Shown here in pieces: positions 35,392 to 45,114 of a stretch of 45,114 bases of DNA (position 1 is the stretch's first letter; the number at the start of each line of letters is the position of its first letter). This DNA comes from Octopus bimaculoides. Lineage: Eukaryota. The DNA lies in assembly GCF_001194135.2 (NCBI RefSeq), contig NC_068983.1, positions 120,525,105-120,570,218 on the forward strand, read 5' to 3'. Both the position numbers and the translations under genes were made by a program. The notes under the pieces are model-generated. The model ran no database searches. It worked only from the letters and a program-made list of their open reading frames with translations, and was not told where the DNA came from.

Positions 35392-36339
35392 NNNNNNNNN
35401 NNNNNNNNNNNNNNNNNNNNNNNNNNNNNNNNNNNNNNNNNNNNNNNNNNNNNNNNNNNNNNNNNNNNNNNNNGGGAAGAGTGCGAGTTTCGACTTCTGC
35501 CAAAAAGAACAACAGTATTTATATTAATTTTGATTTTCACACTGGATTATATTTCAATTATCTTTCTATTATTGTATACATATTTAATAAAGAAGCAAAA
35601 AAAAAAAAAAAGAAAAAAGAAAAAAGAAACGGGAAAAAGAGAAAGAAAATGTTTTTGTGTCGATCCCGTAAGATTATCGTTCATTCATCAATTTTAGGTT
35701 CCACAGTTAGAACAAGACACCAAGTATTTTTTGTACCCAACTCCAACCGCGACTGCAATACCAACGAGATTGTTTTATGTAGACAATCTAGACTAAACTG
35801 AAGAGATTTAGCGAAAATTTTCCGATAATTCTTCAAAACAGAAAAAGAACTAGACTATTGATCTCAATTATTCAAGTATCGCTTTCAAACAGATGTTTCT
35901 AGACAATCTTAATAGAAAACTTGTTGATTTTACGCCATTTTAGTTATGTCCTTTTTTTTTCATTTTTAAAAATATTTTATTTCGTCTCTTTTACAAATCA
36001 AATTTTATCAGGCGACACACATGATATGCATTGATTGCTAGACGTGAATCACTTGTATGATTAGGGAAATGTTTAGCTATTCATGTAAAACTTACGACAG
36101 ATTCTGCTAAAAATCATTCACATCAAATGTTTCACTGTTTAATTAGATTATCTGCAAAAGATTTGTGCCAGAATAGTCGAGAAGAATCTTGAAGAGTTAG
36201 TTTGATTGAAATTCAGTTATAGATTTATGCAATTAAAAGAATTTATTTACTGTACAGACTTCTATTTTTTCAATGCAAGTTCACAAGCGAGCTGACGCCA
36301 TTTCCATTGAAACCCATCAGATTGATGTCACAATGTACA

Positions 36340-36397
36340 TTTGTATGTGTATGTATGTATGTATGTATGTATGTATGTATGTATGTATGTATGTATG

Positions 36398-36462
<65 letters not shown>

Positions 36463-36600
36463 GTGTGCGCGTGTGTGCATGTGTGCGTGTGTATGTGTGT
36501 ATGTATACATACATATATGTATACATGTATATAAACATACATATATGTGTTTACATATATGTATGTACACACACATACGTATATATATATATATTTTTAA
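36340..36600. repeat. (TATG)n(TA)n(TG)n compound microsatellite
   Basis: Directly visible. Confidence 0.95.
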
Positions 36601-38189
36601 ATACATAAGAGGAATCCACTCATGGGATTCCTTACGCTAGAAAAAAACAGCTAGGTTCCAGGACCACAAAAATTAGGGATAAAGTTCCGAAGGGAACGAA
36701 ATGAAAAAATAAAAAACTTTTTACCATCTGTTCGCCTGGACCAATTGGTTTCTGACTTTATTTTAGCATAACTTGCTAGGTGAAGTCGTTATCAACAGGT
36801 ACACCCAAGACTACTAAAATATTTAAACACGAGGCAATCAATTCCATGCCTCCCGTTTATACATCCTAATTTTTTCAGATCTACTGCGCCATGAAATAGA
36901 AATAGAAAGGTTAATAGAAATAGAAAGGTTAATTTAAAAAAAAATATAAATCAAATTACTTATAGAACGATGAACTCCTAGAGATAAACATACTGACCAA
37001 CAACCTTGACACCTACTCACATCCTCTTCTGAAAATCAAAGTACACGATAAGCTAATTTCTGTACAAACAACAGTATAACATGTAAGACTAAAAACCTTC
37101 ACCTTCCAAATACAAACAGGAAATACCTTAAATAACAACAACGACAAGTAAAGAAACTGGTCAACTAAAACATACCACCAACTTAAATTCTTTCGTGAAC
37201 CCTTAAAAGATTCTACTGCAAAACATTGACACCCCAATTACTAAGTTTTTAAATACTGGACTAAACTTTGAACCATTAACCCTTACATTGACAAAGCAAA
37301 TGATTAACTCCAATAAAACAAAACATAACTAAAACTACTGGTACATCCTATGTCTACCCACTTCTTTTTTGTAAATCACTGATACAATCCCATGGCCTTA
37401 CAGTAAATAGATAAAACATTCCTTTATGCTTTGAGGTTAAACATTGCTGGATCCAAAGTTTCTTTAAATCTATCGAGGTAAAGCATTGATAAAGCAAATA
37501 TTGGAGCAATCTGAAACTTATATCATCATCATTCAAGTGAAATGAGAGATATTATCGCTTTGGTTTCTATTTTCTCTTCACTTGAAGAAGAAAAGATGGG
37601 AGAGCTGGAACGTAAAAAGATAAGCTAATTCAAACATAAGCAGCAATGCAAATAATAATATTAAAACTCTCACATAAAAAGTATTCAAAATGTAGATTGG
37701 ACAAAATTGTAACAACAATAGAAACAACACCAACAACAGAGGATTTAGAAATGCGAATCGAAAATATTAACAATAACGTAGAAAAAAGAATATTTTTTCA
37801 TTTCGTCATAGGTTTGACGTCATAGGTTTTTCATTCCGTCATTAGGTTTGACGTCATCATAATGGCTGAAAATGCTATAAGTACAATATGCTAATGATGT
37901 TGTCGAGATTGTACTCCTCACAAAAGTTCTGGAATAAATGGTGAAATTTATAGCATCGTGTCACTGATAATCTCAGACATGAAAGAATGGAGATAACTGT
38001 GGAAAAACAAATTACACAGTGTAACAAAATTAATTTTTTTTGGTCTTTGTTCAGTAAGTGTTATTTTCTATTTGATTCTACCTATAAATCAAATGAAACG
38101 ACTACTATTCCCATCAAGCTGTGCTTTTGTGACCTGGAAATCAATGTTTTGAAACTGACCTATTTTTCGTTACGTTTCAGACAGATTCA

Positions 38190-38385
38190 GTGCTGAGTTG
38201 CTGAAACAGAAATATTGTTATAGCAAATATTCTGCTCAGTACCACAGATTTGTCTGTTGGTTACTTGACCTTAACCACTAGAGCATGTTCCTTAGTGACT
38301 GACATCCTCATCATGAGCAAGAGTAGTGGGGGAGCATTTTTTACGAGGGATTCTTTGGGGTTTGAAGAAATGTAACAAAAGAAAA
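38190..38385 (+). mobile_element. Probable SINE or other interspersed-repeat fragment
   Basis: TGACCTTAACC...GAGCATG...TAGTGGGGGAGCAT...GGGATTCTTTGGGGTTTGAA is recalled as a common octopus interspersed repeat. No second copy in this window confirms it. Confidence 0.4.
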
Positions 38386-40065
38386 ATTTGAAAGAAATAT
38401 TAGCCATTTTTCGCACTTTCTAGGAGTAAGCAAATAGGAAATAACAGCTTCTACCCAAGGACAAAAATCGTATTATACAGTGTTTCAAGTTGGAAAATTA
38501 AGGGCCTATGATCAAAGTGTGGAAGTCCTCACAAAATACGAAGTTAAAAAATTACTGCTGTTGTCCGAGTTACAAGCGAATATTTCTTAGTACTTCTTTT
38601 AGTGAAGGAAATGATTTGTTTGGGGGTCAGGATTATTAAAATATAGTTAGAGAAGTACATTATCACTTTATGGTCACCATAAAAGGTTTCTTAGAGTGTT
38701 CCTGGCTAAGCATGATTCCTGGGATTTATTTTGCCTCTCACAATTCCTCGGATATTCTTCTCAAAAAAAAAAAAAAGGCTCTGGAGCAAGATTGTGAAAC
38801 CAGGTGGTGAAGGGTAGAAAGTCCAGATGTTTCATTTGTGGTGATAAAAGTCTACTTGAAGGCTTTCTGTCCTCAAACACAGGAACAACTAAATGAATAG
38901 ATGTGAAAAACAGAGCAACATAAAAAGAGTAAAAACAACTGAAATATAGAAAACAAAAACAAATGAAATAAAAAAATTTCTTATTTTGCCTCCTAGAAAT
39001 GAGAACACGCTCTCATAAATTTTGTATAGTTTTAGATCCCTCGTTGCTAACTTGTGCTGCTTTTGTTTTGTTAATTAGATTAGATTTAATATCTGAAAGG
39101 GTCAATGCAATGATGATATTTCACCGTTTGTTCCTTAAATGAGAAATGTGGTCGTAGCTTCAGTGTTAATATAATAATATATTTACTGCATCTTCTCATC
39201 CACCACAGTGACGTCAAACTTAATTTATCGTCTGAAAATAAGCTTGTGAAAGTATTCTTTTTCACTCTTCATTTACTGTTAATATTTTTCTTCGCATTTT
39301 AAATCCAATTCATTCATCTGGCTGCTATCGACGTTGGTTATGATGGTGAGGTTGGAGTTGTCGTTATTACAGAAGATAGCTTTGTCGCTCATGTGATATT
39401 TTTACATATTTTTACGTGTTGGAAATTTTACTGTCAGTTTTCTCATTATTTGTTCCGTTTATGTTTGAATTGACTTATCTCTTACTTTCTCCTCCTCTTC
39501 TTTTTCCTCAACTTCCTCCGTTTCTCCTCCTCCCCTCCTCCTCTTCCATCTGCGCTCTGACTACTACTATTCCTCTTTCTTTCCCTAAAGAAGATAGCAA
39601 CCAATATGAAGGGAAGTACCACTGTAGTAGCTATATTGAACCATCATGTCTGTCGTTGAGGTAGAAAGAACAAATAGTAATAGGCACCTTTCCACCTAAA
39701 CACAGAAGATTACACACACACACGCGTATGCATGTACGTATATACATAGTCTCTTTCTGTCTCTCTTCCTCACTTCTCTTCTCTCGCTCTCTCTCTTTCT
39801 ATATATATATATATATATANNNNNNNNNNNNNNNNNNNNNNNNNNNNNNNNNNNNNNNNNNNNNNNNNNNNNNNNNNNNNNNNNNNNNNNNNNNNNNNNN
39901 NNNNNNNNNNNNNNNNNNNNNNNNNNNNNNNTTGATGAAGAATGAAAATAAGCACAACAAACCTAAATTATATTCGAATAAAAAAACAGCAGCCAAATCC
40001 AACAGAAGCGACTATATGACAGCTAAACCACTACCACCATCAACACTACTACTACTTTTTGCTAC

Positions 40066-40227
40066 AGGCATAAGGGAAGGGACTAGTCGATTGCATCGGA
40101 TCGATTGTTCGACTAGTACTTATTCTATCGACCCCGAATGAATGAAAGGCAAAGTCGACCCCGGCAGAATTTGAACTCAGAAAGTAGACGGATGAAAGTA
40201 GACGGATGACTCTGTCAGCTCGTCGCC
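40066..40227 (-). mobile_element. SINE family A with internal 14-bp tandem duplication
   Basis: The reverse complement starts GGCGACGAGCTGACAGAG and contains CTGAGTTCAAATTCTGCCGGGGTCGACTTTGCC. AAAGTAGACGGATG occurs twice at 40181-40208. Confidence 0.8.
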
Positions 40228-40228
<1 letters not shown>

Positions 40229-40275
<47 letters not shown>

Positions 40276-40282
40276 GTAATAA
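40229..40282. repeat. (TAA)n tract at the LINE 5' junction
   Basis: Directly visible. Confidence 0.95.
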
Positions 40283-43094
40283 AGCTGCCACAAAAGAAGC
40301 TGGATACTCCCTGAAACTCATTCAAACAGAGTACCACCACCCAAACAAACCCTGTGTATAAATAATATCCCCCCCCACCAAAAAAAGAAACAAAAATATA
40401 GAAAACAAGAGAAAAGATCTGTCTACTAGATCTCAACGAAACTAATAGACAATCGAGACTACTAAGCAACAAGAAGGCAACAAAAATACTGCGCAAATAC
40501 AACATTACAGAAAAAGATTTACCTGAGCTAAAAGAAAAGCTAAAGCAAGATATCCTTACCAAAGCACAAAGGATCTGCCGGTATGAGAAACGCCAACGTT
40601 TCTTTGAACAAAACAAACAGTTCAACTCCAACCCACCAAAATTCTACCAAGAACTTGGCAAAAATAAGATAGACATCATTGCAGCATCAGCTGCAGAAGT
40701 GGAAGAATCTTGGAAAGAAATATGGTCGGCGAAGGAACAACTCTGGACCCCTATAACGACTGAAGAGCTCACCCAGGCACCGCAAAGACTAGGCAACTGG
40801 AAGGCACCTGGGCACGACAAGATCCCCAACTTCTGGTTAAAATATCTGACAACAACTCACAAAAAGCTGGCTGAAAACTTTAACGTCATACTAGCAGAGC
40901 CAGAGACAATGCCTGAATGGCTCACGAAAAGGAAATCATCCTAATTCCCAAATCCACTGAAACGGCAAACACACAAAACTACAGACCAATAACCTGTCTC
41001 CCTACAATTTACAAAACCTTTACTGCAGTAATATCGCAGAGATTGAGCAAACATCTGGAAGATAACAGCTTGTTTCCAGAAGGGCAGAAGGGATGCTGCA
41101 AGGGCTCATACGGCTGTAAAGATCAACTAATGATCAATAAAGCCATAACTGAAGACAACTGCCGAAAGAAGAAAGGCCTAATTATGGCCTGGATCGACTA
41201 CCGAAAGGCTTTTGACAGCATCCCCCACACATGGATCCTCGAAACACTAGCTATAAACAAGGTAGCACCAATAATCATAAAATACATAAGATACTCTATG
41301 AAAAAATGGCAGACAGTGCTACAGCTCCAAACAAAAGAGGGACTCATAAAAACCAAAGCCATCCCCATTAGAAGAGGAATATTCCAGGGAGACACGCTCT
41401 CTCCACTCCTTTTCTGTTTGGCACTGACACCTGTATCTGACATGCTAAACAGAACTGGATGCCGATACAAATGTTACGGCAAAACAATCAGCTACCTCCT
41501 ATATATGGCTGACCTAAAACTATACGCTACAAACGATAAACAGCTGGAAACACTATTACAGACAGTACATGAATTTACCAAAGAAATAAATATGAAATTT
41601 GGCTTAGAAAGATGTGTCAAAGCAACATTGAAAAGAGGAAAACTAGTTAAGAGTAGCAACATCACACTAGACAAAGCCAATGGAATGAGAGAATTAGACC
41701 AAAGCCAGACATACAAATATTTAGGAATCAATGAACTAGATACGATACAACACACACAAATGAAAGAGAAAATAAAAAAAGAATACGATAGACGAGTTAG
41801 ATCAATACTGAAAATAGAGCTCAATGCTAAAAACAAGTTAATAGGTATCAACACTCTAGCCATCCCAGTTATAAGTTACAGCTACAATATCCTTAACTGG
41901 ACACTAAATGAACTAACGAAAATAGACAGGAAAACAAGAAAAATAACGACAGGATCTAGGATGCACCACCCAAACTCTGACATAGAAAGGCTATATATAC
42001 AACGTACAGAAGGTGGTAGGGGTCTTATATAGCTGGAAAACTATTATAAAATAACCACCATAGAACTGCAAATATACCTACTTCAGAAGCAAGGAAAACT
42101 AATACAGATAGCCACAAAACACGAGGAAAACAAAAAAACTGTTTTCAGTATTTAAAGAAACTGACGAATACAAACAAGAAGTCATACTACCTAATAAATA
42201 TGATGAAGAAGAAGAAACAACAAAAGCTATAAAACAAATGAAATCCAAACTAAATCTAGAACAGCAACGGACCTTGATAAAACAACGATAGTAAGAAAAG
42301 CCCCTTCATGGCAAATAATGGGCTAAACTAAACGCAAAAGAAATAGACAGAGAAAAATCCTAGCAATGGTTGAGAAGCTAAGGACTCAGAGCAGAGACTG
42401 AAGGATTTTTAATCGCAGCACAAGACCAAAGCCTCCCCACCAGAAATTGCCAAAAACATATAATGAAAAGAAACATAACAAGTAACTGCAGAATATGTGG
42501 AGATGCACAAGAAACAATAAATCATACTATCTCAGACACGACAGAGTTGGGACCTACATACACTGGAAGCTATGCCAACACTATGGAATAACAACAGAAA
42601 AAAGATGGTATAAGTACACGCCAGGAAAGGTCACAGAAAACTGGAAAGCAACCATACTCTGGGATATGCCAATACACACAGATAGAGAAATGTAGGCAAA
42701 TAGGCCAAATATAGTTGTCAGAGATCTAATTGATGTATTAATACCAGCAGATGACAACGTTTCTCTAAAAGAAATGGAGAAACTTTCAAAATACAAAGAC
42801 CTGGAAATAGAGGTAACTCGAATGTGGAATCTAAAAACAGAAACAATTCCTATCATAGTGGGAGCATTAGGTATGATAAAAAAATATTCAGACAAATACA
42901 TAACAAAAACACCAGTACTTAAAACTATATACAACATACAGAAAATTGCGCTACTGGGCACTGCACACATCCTTCGCAAAACACTTTCAAACAGTAACTA
43001 TAAGAGCATTAGAGCAAATCACAGCACATAACCAAGGCACACAAAGCTGCGCTCTGTAGTGAGGTGAAAGCACGTTATAAAAATAAAACTGCTG
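40283..43094 (+). mobile_element. R4/Dong-like non-LTR retrotransposon, 5'-truncated, about 2.8 kb
   Basis: Ordered motifs: KLKQ...KAQRICRYEKR, NWKAPGHDKIPNFWLK, the RT domain, AAQDQSL, CRICG, ILWDMPIHTD, EKLSKYKDLE and GTAHILRK. A short 3'UTR and an (AAT)n tail follow. Confidence 0.93.
40917..42032 (+). pseudogene. Reverse transcriptase domain of the R4/Dong-like element (371-codon open stretch)
   Basis: YRPITCL, AWIDYRKAFDSIPH, GIFQGDTLSPLLF, LLYMADLKLY (catalytic YMDD changed to YMAD) and YKYLG. Frameshifts lie on both sides. Confidence 0.9.
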
Positions 43095-43172
43095 AATAAT
43101 AATAATTATAATAATTATAATAATAATAATAATAATAATAATTATAATAATAATAATAATAATAATAATAAT
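43095..43172. repeat. (AAT)n tract, shared tail of the LINE (+) and the SINE (-)
   Basis: Directly visible. Confidence 0.95.
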
Positions 43173-43309
43173 GGTTTCAAATTTTGCCACATGAGCAGCC
43201 ATTTTGGGAGAGGGGAGAAGTCGAATACCCCAGTACTCAGCTGGTACTTATTTTATCGACCCCGGCGGTATTTGAATTCAGGACGTAAACTCGGAAGAAA
43301 TACCGCTAA
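43173..43309 (-). mobile_element. SINE family A (tail type a), internally deleted
   Basis: GGTTTCAAATTTTGCC is the reverse of the type-a tail. The reverse head TTAGCGGTATTTC...CTGAATTCAAATACCGCCGGGGTCGATAAAATAAGTACC is also present. Confidence 0.82.
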
Positions 43310-43497
43310 CAAGCAAATCTGTGGCATTGAGCAGAATATTGCTACAACGATATTTCTGCTTCAGCAACTCAACACTGAATCTGTCTGAAGTGTAATGGAA
43401 AATAGGCCAGTTTCTGAAAATAAACTATCATTATTATTTTGAAGAGGGCTGTGGGTGGCAGGATTGGTTGGAGGCCGCAGTAATAATNNNNNNNNNN

Positions 43498-43735
43498 TTG
43501 GGATCCCGGAGCTGGACGATATCTTGCACAGAGAAATGAAAGACAAGGTCATCACTGCATATTTCAAGCGCCTCAAACTTCTCTTGAAGTCAAAACTGAA
43601 CTCAAGGAACCTTGTGACTGCCATCATCATATGGGCTGTTGTTGTAGTCCACTATAGTGCACCCATCTTGAAATGAACACAAGCGGAGATTAATCGCACT
43701 ACCTGAAAGACAATGACAATGCACGGAGATTTAGT
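43498..43735 (+). mobile_element. R4/Dong-like LINE internal fragment
   Basis: GIPELDDILHREMKDKVITAYFKRLKLLLKSKLNSRNLVTAI...YSAPILK is close to the 24.8-24.9 kb fragment. It is preceded by TAATAAT and a 10-N gap. Confidence 0.8.
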
Positions 43736-44699
43736 TGCTCTTTCTAGTGTGTTGAACAATCTCGTTGCTATTTAACCACAAGTTTGCTCTAACTGAGAAT
43801 ACGTAGCATCAGAGTCGTCGTTTCAACAACGATATCCTTTTCTCAGGTTTTGAAATATTTCCTTCTCTATTCAAGTTTGTAGGGTGTAATTTAAAGAATG
43901 TTTGGTTGCTACTTCTAGTTGTTCGAGCGGCCACGATAACACATATAAGAAGAGTACAGTTCTGTCGTGTCGCGAGGTCGAACTATGATATTTCTAATAT
44001 TTGCATTAGCGGAAACCATTGATATTCTCTAAAATAGATTCACAGTTAATATTTCTGTCAGTTTTTCTTTCCTTGTTGAGAACAAACAGCGAAAGCAGTT
44101 GAAGCTGTTTTAGCTCTTAATCGATTAGAATATCAAAATCCTATCACGGCTTCAGTGGGATGTTTCCGGAACTCTTTAAAGTCAGCAGGGCGGTGAGCCA
44201 AAGAAATAATCTTCTAGACGCATTTTCTTTTAATATTAATGAAGCCAATATTGGATGGAGATCTATTGAAAAACTCTTATACTAGAATAATGATAAAAAT
44301 AATAATCAGTCTTTACATGATTTTCATTGTTATTAGTAACACTTCGAAAGCTACTTAGCACTTTTACATAAGATTTCAATTTACCAGTATTTATACTGGC
44401 TATAGATTCCATGCGAGCTATTGTTTTTACTTCTTAGCTCTAGTAATGGAATATGTTTGACATGACATTTTATTTTCCTGTTAACGAATTCTGAATCTTC
44501 ATAATTAGCACGTATATTCTAGATTCGTCTTCTCTGAAGTTTTCTGGTACACAACTCTCTACACCATTCAGGAACTACTAATTTAAATATTTTGGTGATC
44601 TGAGTAATAAGTATATCCGTATCAGGAAGATATGAAGTTATAAATAACAAACACTGGCAGTTTATCCAATGTTCACATAACGAGTAATTAATATGGACA

Positions 44700-44749
44700 C
44701 ATACATAGAAACAAGCGCGCGCACATACACATATGTAAATGTGTATGCA

Positions 44750-44784
<35 letters not shown>

Positions 44785-44789
44785 GTATC

Positions 44790-44835
<46 letters not shown>

Positions 44836-44900
44836 GATAGATAGATGTGTGTTTGTGTGTGTGTGTGTGTGTGTATGTGTGTGTGCGCGTGTGTGTGTGT
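44700..44900. repeat. (TA)n(CA)n(GATA)n(TG)n compound microsatellite
   Basis: Directly visible. Confidence 0.95.
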
Positions 44901-45114
44901 ATAGAGGATTTGAAAAGTAACACACGAGTTGATATGTATAAGGAAAATAGGGCAAGGTAGAAAATGCTTAAATAATTTTATCATGAGGAACATTTTAGTA
45001 CCGGTTTCAGTCTTTGCGACTTTTACAACTTAGAGTAAAGCATGAAAAACAATAAAAATTATGGAAAAATTAAACGGAATGTTTTTTTTAAAAATATTTC
45101 CATAGTTTTCAAAT

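Noticed and set aside
36896-36931. 18-bp tandem duplication ATAGAAATAGAAAGGTTA x2
   Set aside because: This is ordinary slippage duplication with no further structure.
37000-37330. FLNTGLNFEP resembling the Penelope N-terminal GLNFxP motif
   Set aside because: It is a single short motif with no supporting neighbours.
1-45114. Dozens of ORFs made of H/T, Y/I, C/V, poly-I, poly-F/L, poly-K/E or X runs
   Set aside because: They are translations of microsatellites or N gaps, not genes.

Overview
AT-rich eukaryotic intergenic or intronic DNA with many N gaps and dense microsatellites. The repeat content points to a cephalopod, most likely Octopus; this is an inference from recalled SINE sequences. 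No intact host protein-coding gene can be supported, and most ORFs in the track are microsatellite or N-gap artefacts. The window is a stack of retroelements. It holds six degenerate R4/Dong-like non-LTR fragments (RT, CCHC, restriction-like endonuclease), an RTE 3' fragment and Penelope-like RT remnants. It also holds about 20 tRNA-derived SINE copies or fragments from several families, Tc1 and mariner remnants, a mariner-type MITE and a tRNA-Glu(TTC) pseudogene. Four observations stand out. (1) One SINE, bracketed by a 20-bp target-site duplication, encloses a ~2.4 kb insert with a ~500-codon gag-like CX2CX4HX4C ORF and no visible RT, and a diverged relative lies at 2.8-3.1 kb. (2) SINEs and Dong-like LINEs are chained in antiparallel orientation through (TAA)n tracts at four junctions in two loci. 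(3) One SINE head/core carries at least four different tails. (4) A 74-bp candidate non-coding exon has strong splice signals.
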